Below the pieces are notes generated by a model. It was given only the letters and a program-made list of their open reading frames with translations, was not told the DNA's origin and made no database searches. A stretch of 64,000 nucleotides of DNA, taken from Tubulanus polymorphus (Eukaryota; Animalia; Nemertea). How positions within the stretch are numbered: position 1 is the first letter of the stretch; each line of letters opens with the position of its first letter. Shown piece after piece: positions 44,901 to 59,229 of this stretch. A program made the translations under genes and the position numbers. The stretch spans positions 6,572,001-6,636,000 of the forward strand of contig NC_134025.1 in NCBI RefSeq assembly GCF_964204645.1. Reading direction: 5' to 3'.

Positions 44901-47900
44901 CTTCTGTGCATTGTTCTGCTAATTCACAAGAAGTAGACTTCTGAGGTATATTCCCCGTGGGAGCAGATGATCGTACATACCTCACCGTGGTGGTAAGCCG
45001 ACATTTCAGCGACTGAACCGGCTAATTGAGCAACTTTCACTTCTCGTTTATCATTTCTCTTCAAACACGTGTATAGAACTTTCCTTTGACCAGGCTTCAA
45101 ACCTTCAACATACAATCAGTGATTAACATTATCACGCATTGATAAAAACAGCAATCTCTTGATCATATCATATAAAGGACGTGATCGTTCGAGTAGTTGC
45201 ACGTACCATCAACCATGCATGGGATTGAACGCTCATTATCCAGGTTACTAAACAGAATTAACTCTCTATTCACGAACTCATTATACGTGATTTGTTTCGT
45301 TTGCTTGCCGTATAAATACACTTCTGGAAGACCGAGTTCATTCCTTCTCTTTCTCTCTTCCATCCAATTCGTTAACCACTGTTTCCGGTCATCTGCCTTC
45401 TTCTTGCTGAAAGCCTGAAATTGTGAAATCAACTCCTGTTTGAAGATGGGCTATTTCAGAAAAAGATCTTCCGATCGAGATCTCAGTAATCGTACCAGTT
45501 CGATGCAGCTGTCATCCTCAGGTCCGGTATATCGGAATTTGATTCGATGACGTTCCATGTTTGTGAAATACTCCTTCGCCTCTTTAGACGTAGAAGTACC
45601 CAAACCTGGAATAGGGTAAGAATATATTCTAAATTACACGATATGACGAAGGACGATGTCGTTTTGCATCGATAGGAAAAAGAAATAAAACCTTTGTAGT
45701 ACTTGATCTTGTATGAAAACCAGTTATCAGTTTCATCTTTCCATTCTTCAAATTCTGGCAAACTATAAAACGATCTTTCTTCTCTTCCTTTACTCGCCTG
45801 AATCAAACATATCAGTTCATATGATATTTCCATCAATTCAAATAACTAAGGAAATTTTAAAACAGGTGGATTTAGATCAATATACCTTCACGATGGGAGT
45901 GATGAATTCCTCTAAAAACGGCTGTTTAAGAAGACCGGGCCAGTTGTGATGTATGAAGTTGATCAGCAATCCTTTGATATGAGATCCGTCTTGATCCTGA
46001 TCAGTCATTATCATCAGTTTACCGTACCTGAGAGTTTTTAGAGATTCCGGTGAATCGTATTTGTGTTTGTATTGTAACCCAAGAATTTTAATGAGATTTG
46101 TTATTTCGGCGTTTTCCATGATCTGAAATAGAACATTGTACAGTTTTTCATTGCAATATTTTCCTTTCAGCGCATCGGTGTGTAAAGCGGTGATAGACTT
46201 AGCTAGTAAACTGTACCACAGTGTATCAATATTATCTAGTGAAAGATGGCAGTGTCTGTCAAACACAGTAAAATATTAGTGACTAGCAACACACCACAGA
46301 GCAGTGTAGGTGCATTATAGCGGTATGCCTGTTATTCAACACACTGGGATGATATTTCTTAAGATTTTCAAAATATCTCCAGGACTTCAGGGTACTAATT
46401 AATTAGTCAGCAGTGAAAAGGTGAATCAAACAGAGGATTCTACTAACCTGTTTATGCGTGGCGTCTCGGACGTTGAGAACTTTTCCCTTCAACGGGAACA
46501 CACCGTAGCGATCCCGCCCAATAACACTCAATCCAGCTACAGCTAACGTTTTAGCCGAGTCTCCTTCAGTAAGAATCAACGTACAGGCAGTAGAGTTCTT
46601 TGTACCGGCGTCATTAGCATCATCTAGTTTAGGCACGCCTTTCAGTTTGGAATGTTTAGAACTTGATAGCTTTTTGTTCATCTGAGCCTGAGCTTTGAAC
46701 CTCATCCACTGCATAATACTCTCAACAATTCCACATTTGTTGGCCTACGACAGAAAATCATAAACTACGGTATCATCAAGATTCGCCTTATCTTACTTTG
46801 CAATAAGGACTTAAATGTGTAAGTTAAATGTAGCTAAATGAATATGGAAAATAATGGTTATACTTACAGCATTTATGAATTTATCACTCAGAGCACACTT
46901 TGAGCCAAAACTTTTAGCTTGAAGTGTCATGTTTTCTTTGGTTTGCGAATCGAATGTTGGATTCTCAATCAAACAGTTCACAAAAACCCACATGTGGCTC
47001 TTAACCTAAAATTCAATCAACATCAATTCCATCGCAATCGCATATATTTCGAACAATAAAAAAATCTGAATCAGTGGAATTTCTAACCTGGAATGGTTTT
47101 ATGTTTATGTTGCCTTTGCCTCCTTTTTTCTTGACAACTTCTATCAATTTCGTAACAACTTGATCCGCCACATAATCGACATGTCGTCCTCCCTACGAAC
47201 AATTCATAGACAGTTTAAAACGTCTTATCAGGATCGATGATGTCATTAATGGTAAAATGAGTAACTTGTTTGTCTTGCTTATGATGTTGATAAAATATTG
47301 TTCATACCTTAGTAGTTGCTATACTATTTACGAAGCTACATTGTTGAAAGCCTTTCTCGCTCATAGTGACTGCCACCTCCCAACGAGGGCTTACTTCTTC
47401 ATAAACAACCTTCAGCGGTTCATTATTTTCATCAACTTTATCTTTGACGAACAAATCGACGTAATCTTTGAAACCTTTAATCTGCAAGAGATGACACACA
47501 TTTCAGAACTATTGAAACGTAGTAACATCGATATGCTCACTTTGAAAATATTCCGAACGTACCGGTAGTTTCTTGCCATTCAAGAAGACCTTCACCCCTT
47601 TAGACGCAGCTGCTATATCGTAAGCTCTACGCGTGAATATATCGACAATGTCTCGATTTAACGTATCCATTTTAAACTTCGCTAGATCTGGATAAAACGT
47701 CACACAAGTGAAATCATCAGCTTTTGCATCATTAATCTTGGGTTCCGTAGTTTTTGTCATGTTCGTCGTCCAAGTCTGAAAATGAACCAAATCAATAGCA
47801 AGAGTAGAAACATACCAGGGTAGCGCCACTTTCCACCCATTTACAAATATCCCAATGAGTTTTCCCTAATATTTCTATGTGATTACATAAAATTCCCTGA

Positions 47901-49275
47901 ATGAATCAGAGAAATCTCTAGGTTAAAAAATGTTACAATTCATTCATTTTTCAGTGAATCATGTTCTGATTAAGAAACACGCGGTAAATACAATTATCCG
48001 AATTCCTGAGATTTCCAGGTCATTGGTAAAGTTTGTCAAATTCCCTAAGATTTCCCAGATTTTTTTCTAGATTTTCTGATTACTTGAGTTTTCCAGGTCC
48101 GAAAGTTAAGTATCAATCACCAGATTTAACTGCCTGTGAATATTTCTTAACGAAAGACACACATTCGGAACCTATATAGGAATTAATTTACCTGTTTAAA
48201 CGATTTATGATATTCTCCACTCGACGTTTCTACTATAAACTTAGTACTGAATATATTGCACAGTTTAGCTCCGAAGCCATTTCGCCCACCGGTTACTTTC
48301 TTCTGCGTGTCATCGTAGTTACTGGACGTTAACAGATGACCGAAGATCATCGATGGTACATACATATTCTCAGTTTTGTGCATAACTACTGGAATTCCTT
48401 TACCGTTGTTCCAGATTTTGATCTTACATTCATCGCTAAAAAGAAACAAACAACGCGCAAATTGTCAAATACCGTATAACATATATACATCAATACAATT
48501 TTCGTTATTTAAGAATAGAATGACTTCATAAATCTAAAATATTTTACTTACGGTACAATGTCGATTTTGATGCAGTTCATTTTCGGGTCGCGTTGCTTGT
48601 TATCCGCGGAATTTACTGAAATACCCGAAGAGCTCAATGAAATCTTGTATAAATAAGTAACTATTCACCCCACATTATCCGGTATATTCATGTCTACTCA
48701 CCTAAGATTTCATCAAAGATTTTGTAGAGACCAGGAACGAAGGTAACCTCTCTTTGCACCATTGTATTTGTTTCGGAATCCATTGTCCACATTGCCTGTA
48801 ATAGAATACAAAATTAGTCAAACAAGGTCCTTAATGTCGGTAGATGAATTGATACAAGTAAAATCATTTAGATAAGGAAAGTCGCGTTTTGCCCTACCTG
48901 TGTGACTGTCTCAACTGATCCTATGTATGAATCAGGACGCAACAAAATATGTTCCAATTGACTCTTCTTCTGATAAATTCTTTCCACAGATAAACGTTTC
49001 TTGCTTCCATCAGTGGCATGGACCACCTCAGAGTTCTCTTTTGTAGTCTTTTTGGCAAACATGCTCTGCAAATGTAGCAATACAAGGTACCATTGATTAA
49101 AATCAATCGATAATATTAAGGATCATTAATCCATCATGAAATCAATATAATTTTCCATTGATTTGATTTGAATCATGATAATATTCATTGTAGTGATCGA
49201 TTGATAATGATATGAAAAGAAAGCGAATTTTTAGGGTTCTACCGTGATCGATCCATCGCCGTTTGTGGATGCCAT
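38950..49275 (-). CDS. TOP2: DNA topoisomerase II (type IIA), full-length multi-exon gene
   Basis: [24 protein letters not shown] motifs WNNGKGIP and [29 protein letters not shown] and [14 protein letters not shown], catalytic [26 protein letters not shown], and a charged CTD ending [19 protein letters not shown]. Confidence 0.98.
40447..40728. mobile_element. hAT-like MITE in a TOP2 intron
   Basis: Terminal inverted repeats CAGGGCCGTAC ... GTACAGCCCTG (10/11 match). No clear TSD. Confidence 0.5.
40748..40869. mobile_element. Short MITE (Harbinger-like ends) in a TOP2 intron
   Basis: AGGGGCCATCCATAAAA ... TTTTATAGATAGCACCT imperfect inverted termini (14/17). Confidence 0.45.
47815..48105. 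mobile_element. Degenerate MITE with AATTCCCTGA / TTTTCCAGG subrepeats in a TOP2 intron
   Basis: Starts CAGGGTAGCGCCAC and carries reiterated AAATTCCCTGA, GATTTCCAGGT and GTTTTCCAGGT motifs. Confidence 0.5.
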
Positions 49276-50175
49276 TCTTTGTGAGACTAAAACCCACTGT
49301 GTGGGTACCGATCGCAAATTCACAAAACCGGGTTTTGAAAACAAGAAGTATGAGGAAAACTGTTTTAAGAAAGATATTTTGGCAACCCGGGCTTTCAGAG
49401 CTGCACTTCCGTTTGAGTTTATGTCGACCAATAAGAATGAAGCCGCGGGATTCGGATGAAAATGGATTTTTTTATCGGGTGACATCGCGACCTGTATGCA
49501 AGTTTTGGGGATAATTTTAGAATATTTAACTAACCAGCCACTCTTCATCCATTCTTATGTTTGTTGTTGCACGATTTAGTAATCTAAATGCATAATATTT
49601 ATCAAAACTGCAAAATTCGTCTACAGTTTCCGCGCTTGAATGGTTTACCGATTCCGTCCGGTGCTGCCCCCATAACCGGAGTCGGAGATGGAGCAATATT
49701 CAATGGAGCGTGGACAATTACTCAGATCTTGATCTGATCTTGAAATAAATCCGAAAAAAGAAAATTTGATATTTTGATGTATTTTACATAATTTTAAGTC
49801 CATATAATTCTGGGAATGAGTAATTCCAATAATTGAATAGGTCCAGAAATAACTTTTGGAAAAAAGCCATTTTAAGACGCTTCTTTTTATTTAGTAGCTT
49901 TTCGCAAACTTTTCTTTGCAGCACATTCAACTATTGCGATGAATTACCGATTTGGTAATTATTTTTGATTGACAGCTGATAATTGATAAATCGATTGTCA
50001 ATTACTCGATCGTTTATTGTCACGTGATTTATGGGTGCAATATGGCGGAGAAAAGATTAACGGGAAAAAACTGCGCAAGAAAAACCAACGTATTTCCAAG
50101 ATGAGAACTCCTACTCGCGCGTTAAGTATCAGAAAATAATTGTGATGTGGGTCGATGAATTGAAAGACCGAATAC

Positions 50176-53100
50176 ATGGCTCAAATGAGGCGATCTTCTA
50201 CTATTCCTCGCCTATCGTTAATACTCTATTGGTTATGCGCTGTTTCTGCCTGCGTTTTTATATGCGGTAATGTTTTGTTGTTGTCGCCGGCGTTTAAACC
50301 CGGGGATGCGTCATTAGACCCTGCGTTAGTTAATATAAACGATGGCAACTTATATCATCGACTCCGTCGATTGATGGACATATCGGCCGATCAGCTGCAC
50401 CCGAATTTTAGTCTTTCAACGGTTCCGACCGGAGGAGCGAATTTGCTGCCTCGAATGCTCGACTGCGACGATTTGAAGGATATACGAAATCGAACATTTG
50501 TCGCATCTGGATGGACGAAAGCCGTTTATAAAGCTAAATACAATGGACACGATGTAGCGGTCAAACTGGTCGATGTCAGCGGACATGATATGTTGACTTG
50601 TATGCAAAATGGAAAAATAGCGTATTTCGAATGCTACGCGAGAGCAGCCCAAAAGATTATCAAAGAGATTTTGCTTCTGCAAGGACTTGCTCACAGAAAT
50701 GTTCTTCAGGTACATAGTGTAGTAAAATATAGTGGAAATGATCTGGACCTAGAACTTAGGCTTTCTAGTACAGTCAAGTGATTTGGGATTTTAGTGGTAT
50801 ATTATAACTTTTGACTTGTTCCTAGATGATACAGATGATCCAATCTAGAAAAACTAGAAAAAATGTGCAGTCATGCATGGTGACAGTGACCTGTTTAATC
50901 ATCTACCGAGAAAATAAACATGCTATTATCCTAATGTCTTAGGTCATACAAGATTTTAACTAAAAATTGATTATCCAAAAATTGAAAAAAACAGATTAGT
51001 AACCAATGTATCCTTTTCTGCAATACACTGAAGTGGAATATACTTAAAACATTTGGCTAGTTTAAGAGACCCACATTCAACTGATACAGATTAATTTGAA
51101 GTTTGGGAATATTTGATACAAAAACTGTGAAATTATCTTTCATTTCAGGTTTATGGATTTTGTGTGCCCAATGGTTTGCAAGATGGGGTTGCTGAACATC
51201 CTGTGGCAATGGTTTCGGAACTGGGTGAATCTGTCGATATAATAAAACTGCTACAACTTTCCTGGGAAGACCGACTCAGAGTAAGTTTGTCCATTGTTTG
51301 GTTTATAGAATGGTCCCAGTAGGGATCTACAGTTACAGGATAGCTTTCCACGGATATACTGCAGCGTCCTGTAACTTGCTCAGGTTTCGTGCAACATAAG
51401 TCGTTTGTTGGGGATTGAATTCTGGCAATATTGACCGGCGAAATTCCAAAATATCATGTCATGCTCATAATTACATCTGGTCCTTATGTTAAAAAAAGTA
51501 GTTTTACCGCTATTAAAACCTTCAGTAGATATAAAAAACAAATGTTGTTGAATTTGATTGCGCATTGACTCCATCCACTCTACTTGTCAATCAGCCGGGT
51601 ATGATGAGAAATGTATCATCATTCATGCCTCTGAATAAATGAAATCAGGTCAAACCATCTATGACTTGGCCTTCCTATGAAAAATCTCTTATATAATCCT
51701 TTTCTTTCTTATTTTTGTATTTCATCGATATTTTGGAGTACATACCTCATTGGTATTAAAATTGACCATAAAAATTGTGTAGTGTGAATAAACGATATCA
51801 ATTTTAAATTGGCTTTACACACTGGTTCAGATTTAAGATTCCTCCAAAAATGCCTCTTACTGAATCTTGAATCAGAAAAGAAGTCAATGGGAAAAGCTTT
51901 CTGATAAAAACTGAAAATATTTGATAGATAAGAAAAATGATTGGTCATGTTTGTAAGATCAATTGTATTTGTTCTATTACACAGGTGTGTATGGGATTAA
52001 CGAAGTTGATTCACTATTTGTCACATTCCCCGTACGGTTCCCTTTCTATGAATGATTTTCGAAGACAGCAATTTATCCTTGCTAAGGATGGAGAAATCAA
52101 ACTCACCGATCTCGACGATATCGGATTCGAAGAGCCTCGATGTGAAACTAACTACGACTGTCAAACACACTTTTCATCGGCTAATTTTACTCTCAGGTAA
52201 GGGCTACCAGTCGCTGTCCCAAATCTAAACTATGATTGATTACTGATTAGAATAGATCATATGGCATATCAAGCTGTCTTCTAATTCTGATTAAAGAAAA
52301 GTTCTTGTTTTCTCCACACTTGGAAGGTTTCTAGAAATAACTATGAGTTAGATAAGTTAAATGTGGCAACTGAATACATGTGTCCTGAGTGAAACCTGCC
52401 AGGTTTTTACCATCAGCCAAGCACCTGCTGGCCAGACAGGCAGACAGAGATTTATTACTCAGACCTTGGAGGTGGAATAGATCTACCTGCTCATGCATAC
52501 TTTCAGCTGTTGCGTTGCAGAGTTTCACTGTGAATCGAATTCTGTGATATGAATTACAAACCCATTTATTCTTCTATCCTGTAGGGTTCCCTGTGTTGAC
52601 AACCGTTGTCAAGGTTTCAATGAAAAGAAGAATATATTCAATGCGGCTCGTCATTTCACGACGTTTCTCCTACCGCATGGAGCTCCTAGAATACTGCGCC
52701 CGATGACCGATGACATAGTGAACAGTTACAGCAATGTTACTGTGGATTCGGCTGTGTTATTAGCTAAGATGGAAAATATTGTTCGTTTGTATCAGAAAGG
52801 ATGGCATCTGAATAAGTCCAAACTCTACAGAAGTAAAACTGGTAAGTTGTTATCATGGAATCTGTGCTTATTCTGCATTCCACTTTGTAAATTATACGCC
52901 TTATATTTTGTACATAATATCATCTTTGGTTTAATTTGTAGAATATGTAAAGTTTGAGAAAAGTGATTTCCCGGGTTTGTTCGATTATCGCTGTCGATTT
53001 TCTCTCTCTGGCAACGGTTGTACAGTATCAGTGTTCGATCAAAGAGAAGCTGAAGATATCTGCAACCTTGACAACAACTGTCAGGGCTTTGTCGTTTCAT

Positions 53101-53357
53101 CAAAGAAAACATGGACAGGTAAATTTCATTATGCTTTTATTTACACTCAAATTCTGTCCAACTAATATGCAAAGAACATCCAACAATTTAGATTAGTTTT
53201 CTTTCTCATGTTGTTTTAAGATATTAATCAACCCATGATTTTATTTCTAGGCCGTAAAATTATCCATTTGAAAAATGGTGCTGGAAGAATATCAAAAGAT
53301 GCTAGTTTGACTTTGTTTTTGAAGCCGGGGATTAAAGTTCGACGACACAGCCGATGA
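50176..53357 (+). CDS. PKDCC: Extracellular/secretory-pathway tyrosine kinase PKDCC (VLK)-like; exons approx. 50176-50709, 51149-51280, 51985-52196, 52586-52841, 52942-53118, 53251-53357
   Basis: N-terminal signal-anchor, then LDCDDL, FVASGWTKAVYK, VAVKLVD, KIIKEILLLQGLAHRNVLQVYGFC, SWEDRLR, LSHSPYGSLSMNDFRRQQF, IKLTDLDD, CQGFNEKKNIFNA, and a Cys-rich C-terminal domain. Confidence 0.92.
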
Positions 53358-56042
53358 ATTTAATGCTGATATTGGATCTTCCCTTAAGCACCGGACACTT
53401 GCCAGCAAATATTCGCCCGACTGAATTTGGCTAGTCTGTCCAGTATTGCGTTTGCCTGATTAAAAAATGTGAGAAATCTTCAGGAAATATTGCAAAAGTC
53501 ACAAATTAAGTCATGGCAATAAATCCAAAGACTGGATTTTTAGGTCTAGATCTTAGTCTGGGCGCCGGTACTTGCTCTAGCTCTCCAAAGATGGTCTCTA
53601 AGAAGACCGGTTATAGATCTAAACCGTGGTTATGAATATTTGCAGCTAAAAGCAATAAACATGTCATAAGCAATAAGAAAATACTATATTAAATCAATGA
53701 CATTTGCATTTTTATAGAGTTTTAGAAATGTTTCTAGGGTTTTAACTATTTAAGCTGTATTGAAGCATTTTCATGACAATTACATGTATATGTATGTATG
53801 GGTATATCTATTGTAATGTAGTGGAGGGCTTCCTTTTCATCTGGGTAAAAACAGTTGAGTTATTTTTAAAGAATCCACCCAGGAAGACCTGTCCTATTGC
53901 TTGTGCCACATTTATGATTTCCTCGGGCGTTTTACATTAGTGGCTTCAACCTTCCATTCCTTAATTAATTAATTAATTTAAACAGGGTAATTGATATTAC
54001 TTTTATTTCAAAAAGAATATTGTTTGCTTCCAATTCCATTTTGGAGGAAACAGGGTAAAACATGTACTTCGTGACTCTTATTTACACTTTGTGGCGGGAA
54101 GTTTTCAAAAATTAAACATTGTTGACTGCTAACCCCAAGAAAATCTCAACAAGTTTTAGATGTTATTCTGACAGAAACGTGTTGCGGTTGAAAGGTGTTA
54201 CGATAAGTCATTGAGTGAAGAGTGATAAATTTTATGTGGCTTAAAAATAACTGACACAATTATTAATGTCTCCAATTAAATGAACAGGGTAAATAAGTAT
54301 ATACTGTGTCAGAACCAGATACACATTTGATACCATATTATCATTGATACTACAGGGTCTTGTTAATGTATAAATATATATAACCAAAACTGAATCATGG
54401 CTTACAGAACAAAGTAAATTCTGCATTCATATTTTTTGTACGTATTTTTTATTAATTTTTTTTTGTGGCAAAGAAACACGCATTCTGCAGGTTCTAGAAG
54501 TTTTGCCAATATATCTCACTATGATCAGTGTGTACTGTTCTTTTCTTAACTTTTCATATGCAAATTTGATTAACCCTTTCCATCGCGGACATTGTAGTTG
54601 CGTAACGAAAAAATGGTTACTTAAAGTCATGCCCCGCAAGAGCTGATAGATAACAACCTCTGATGAACTTTATTGCCTAGATATTGTGTAAATAGCAAAA
54701 CTCATTGTGTGCTAACTGTTCTTAACATGCTGATATATACATGTACTATAGGATTTACGATTTGTTGATAGTTTACTATTTTACTTATTGATGGCGAAGG
54801 CAGTAGTGCTTCGTGGACCAAGTGGCTTGTAGGTTTTTACGATTTTCAAATCAACAATAGATTCAACTGTTGTTATTGTTAGGTGTATTTTTTCTATGCA
54901 CTTTATAGATCAGGGTAACTTTTTAATTGTGTTCCAAGCTTCCTGTGTAACAATTTTTTGAATACTGCGATATGGCTTACATGGATAACCTAAAGAATTT
55001 CGATTTGTGAGATTCAAGTGAAATTTTGTAGATTTTCTCACAACTGACATGTTTTAGTCAGCAAATGGGGATATCGATTTTGATCAAATTGAGACACTAA
55101 TTACAGTCCACAAAAATATCCACAGAATACACATTAAAAACCAGATGATCCAATTTCATTGTATTCCAAATTATTTCTCGTGAATGATAAATTGAACTTT
55201 GACGACTGTGAACTTGATGGAACTGCAGGATTCAACTATAATCATTCAAATTTGATGCTACTATTGTTTCATTGACTTCATGTATTATTTTTCTTTAAGA
55301 GATCTGAAGGTTATTTAAACTTCTTGTATATATTACGAACAATGTGCTGCCTAATTATAAATACCTTTTTAAAAGTTGTGGTAAAAATATAGTTATTTTA
55401 ACTCTTTTATTTAAAATAAAATACATGAAATATGAATAGGAAATGCATTGTTGTTGTTAGTTTAAAGGCATGAATTATTCTAGAGGACATCATTGATTAG
55501 ATAAATACCCAGTCTAATTCTCATGTTCATTGCCGCATTCATTCTTCCCAGCTGCTTTTAACTACAAGTTATCTTTTTTTATCAGATTTATTTCAAAATT
55601 GTTGCCCTAGAACCTCCATGGAAATCCTGCAGCTGTATTTGAAAATGGAATTTTATACCCGCTGTGTTTACTATTGTAGGTTAAACCAGTTGTAGAACAG
55701 AATTCTCAAAAGGAAAGAACTTTGGAGCACATCTTCAGGGTGCCTCAGTACACTAAGTGCAGCCACTGTGTTCAAGTTTGGGGATCTTTCATAGAATGAG
55801 GCATCTCATCAAGTAAAGCATCATGGTGTAACTCATTACAAATGGTGTTGCTGGCAGTCACGCGAGAGCTGTGATAGGTCAAAGCTTTAAGCATTTGTAA
55901 CATTTTTCCATATCACTGTATCATATTTAGCTGCTAGAACCCGACAAAAGCAATTGAATGCTAAATTACCATATTTTTTTTATTTTACAAAATATTAAAT
56001 GCACTGATTTTCTTTCCATTACATCAAAGTCATCAAAACTTT

Positions 56043-58118
56043 TTATCTTATTGCCATATTATGGACAGTGAAGATTGCCTCTCCATCCGATCCACATAGT
56101 AATGTATTGGCTGTGATATCTATTGTGTTTATAGACATAGTGTTCCCGGGAATTACATCAGTAATTTCAACTCTATGTTTCGAAGCGTCCGATCCCAACC
56201 ATGGGTTAGCACTGGCGGTAGTAGATGGTTCTTCAGTTGAAGTAGCATTACGCGATGTAAATATGGAACCTGTGAATTTCAAAATATGCACCGTAAGATT
56301 CACTTATGATCAAAATAATAGAGTTGCCATCTGATGATGGAGCTGATTAGGCTTTATGCTAGTTATAGTTGAATAGAAATGTAGTACATGTACCTCCATA
56401 CTGTGATTTGTTATTATTGACAGCTGTTCCATCCCAGTGCCATACTGTACCATCTTCAGAGCACGTAAACAGATTGTCTGGACTTGTCGGATGAAAACGA
56501 ACTTCCCACACTGAAACATCATACAAAACAGTTTTGGAAACTTTGTAAACCGAATCTATGGAAGAAAGTCTAATCAAATCTTACTCGTTGAGGAATGAGC
56601 ATCCATCAGGGTGACAGGGAATTTATCTTGCCTCATATCCCATATACATAATCCACCATCCATAGCTCCTGTTGCGACTACATGCGGTTGAGTTGGGTGT
56701 TTATCTACGCAGTGTAGAGGAACCCTCTCTCCAGTCCTATAAAATAAAGCTATATTTGCTTAAAAACATCTCGTTAACATCTCGCGGCTATTATTTTCAG
56801 ACACCAAATAAACTTACATCAGAAAAATTCTGGTGGGTTCATCTTTATTCTGGCGTATATCCCAAACTTTCAACTGTCCAATAGAGTTCACTGTCACTAC
56901 TTCATTTTGTTTGAGAAATGTGGCTGCATTCTGTGTACAACCATCGGCCTTTTCTATAAATATGAATTGAAACATTAATCGTTCAACTCATTCGTTGTGC
57001 TACCAGTGACCGGTATATACACACCTATAATCCTAGCAGGTACTTTACAATTGATATCTATAATGTTCAATCTTCCATCCTCTCCACAAGTTACTATCGT
57101 ATTATCACCCTTCGTTGCTAAACATGTACATGGACATACATTGTTGCCATAATGATAGTGAATTCTATCCCAAGATTGTTGACAAGAAATCGCCTACAAG
57201 AAAACCAATGTGTAAAAATAAACAGAATTGGAATCTAAGAATCTTGTCTTCATGGCTTGTGGGGATGTGTTTGGCTCACAACCGAGAGGGTGGGTGTGGA
57301 TAATAGGCCTACTCGTCTTACAAGGGTTTGTAAGTGATAGATAGATAGATAGGTAAAATGTCTGAATAATAGAACTTACTTGCGGATTTGTATTGTGTTT
57401 AAACAGATGAAGTGATCCAGTTGATGAGGAGGTAACAATAAGTTCAGCATTCAAATACTAGAATATAGATTGTTAATCCAGAAATCATTGATAATTTCGA
57501 TAATATAGCTTCATATAAATAGATGCTTTGACTTACAGCTAGATCCATAATATCACCATCGTGTATAGCGTTGCACAGTAATTGTGGTTCATTTTCGGGT
57601 ATATCCGTTTTTAATCCTTGATTAGCCATCCATGTTCTGTATCCATCAGTGTTAGTCGTCCAAACACTGACTTGATTTCGCTATATACAAGAATAATGAA
57701 AAATTTCAATGGCTAAAACCTGTTACCACAGTGCCCCCTCTAGTATTATTGTATTTCCAGTGCCTAGCTGTTGTTTCCAAACGCAGATTGTTCTACTAGT
57801 AGAGTCTAACATAACACTAGAGAACTGTTGCCGTTGGAAGAGAGGGTTACCTACGGGTCTTCCCTATTACCGAGATGACGTAATTTACCGAGATCTCGGT
57901 TCATCTCGGTAAAATACGTCGTCATCTCGGTAAGGAGGACCGGGGTTACCTACTTACTACACTGTAACTTACGTTACAATGTGTTCAAACAAATTTACCT
58001 TGTCATCCCAGGATCCAGTGGTGAATGTATCTGACTGCTGGAAACTGTCATCAGTTGAAGATTTCCATCTTATTTTACTGATTTTTCGAGAAACAAATTT
58101 AGTTATTACTTCAGTCAT
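56043..58118 (-). CDS. NUP43: Nucleoporin Nup43 (WD40, Y-complex), multi-exon
   Basis: MTEVITKFVSRKISKIRW...FTTGSWDD, HDGDIMDL, VVTVNSIGQLKVWDIR, LHCVDKHPTQPHVVATG, WEVRFHPTSPDNLFTCSEDG, LLCGSDGEAIF. Confidence 0.95.
57855..57942. mobile_element. Internally deleted short copy of the 13000-13446 fold-back MITE, in NUP43 intron 1
   Basis: GGGTCTTCCCTATTACCGAGATGACGTAATTTACCGAGATCTCGGT...CATCTCGGTAAGGAGGACCG, flanked by the perfect direct repeat GGGTTACCTAC (57844-57854 and 57943-57953). Confidence 0.85.
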
Positions 58119-58485
58119 GATTTCATTTGATTTTAGTTCGAGCCAACCACCTTGACCAATAATTGTACTAAATATCGCCGAAAAACGTTGGATAAATGTA
58201 TAGAATAAAACACGGAATGGGATTGTGGAATAGTACGGTACTCAAATGCGGCCGCGCACCGAGTACGAAATAAATACTAGCCTGACTTGTTTTGTTAGTT
58301 GAAATGCTAAAAATAACAAATTCTACTTTGAAATATTCTTTCCATACCGGATTGGGTCACATAGACCTTGGAGGATTACTCCAAGCGAAGACACCTAATT
58401 ATTCTAGAAATTTATGAATTAATCTAGAGCGATCTGTGGTCCGACCCTTACCCAATCGAAAGCTGAGGCCTCGGTCGGGACCGCG

Positions 58486-59229
58486 ATGAGCAAATATAAG
58501 GAAAATGCCGATATCGAAAAAGCTGATGAAGAAAAGGTGAGTTAATGCTACCGGGAATACAAAATTAGTCACAAGGGAACAAGAAGTTCTTATCTCATGC
58601 AAAAAATCGGCAAAATCGATCAACATTTGCGCAACTTCTTTTAAGAAACGTCTAACGGCATCCCATCCAAAGAAAGCCTATGTGACAGAGTTTGCAGCGA
58701 AGAAAATTAAAGCTAGTGCAATGATTGACATGGCTCTGATCACGGCAAACGCAGCGCAGTTACGGACAAATGTAGAAATCTATGAGAAAACCACTATGGT
58801 CTATGGTGTTATACTTTTGTTGGTAGTTTCAATTCTCTTGCAGATTGCAACTGGAATAGGATTCTTCATATCGGTGGGTTATCATAATTCATATTTTGAA
58901 AATAGTGTTATCGTTTGTGGTCAGTGGTATAAATCAGTATCTAATAGTTAATCAATCAAACGATGTAGTACATTAACCGAAGTCTCTGCTGATGTCGAAT
59001 TGAAAACGATATCGTGGAAGCTGTAAACACTATTTTACATTGTTCATTTTCAGCGCGCTCCCGCGCCTTAGTTAAGGTACAAGATGATGATGAAAAATGG
59101 GAAAAATTCAGTCGACGACGAGACATCATTTACATAAACAATCTTATCACTGGAACTGTAATGATTATCATGATTGTAAATGTGTTCATAGCCGCATTCG
59201 GTAATAGTCCAGTAACACCTAAATGCTAA
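58486..59229 (+). CDS. Ninjurin-family protein, copy A; exons 58486-58536, 58646-58877, 59054-59229
   Basis: FAAKKIKASAMIDMALITANAAQLR, TM1 LLVVSILLQIATGIGF and TM2 INNLITGTVMIIMIVNVFIAAFG match the ninjurin signature (NINJ1 YASKKSAAESMLDIALLMANASQL ... NNLATGLVFIIVVVNIFITAFG). Confidence 0.92.

Noticed and set aside
51008-51016. GTATCCTTT motif as a U12 donor in PKDCC
   Set aside because: It lies mid-intron and not at an exon boundary. Similar chance matches occur at about 1637 and 2735 on the minus strand.
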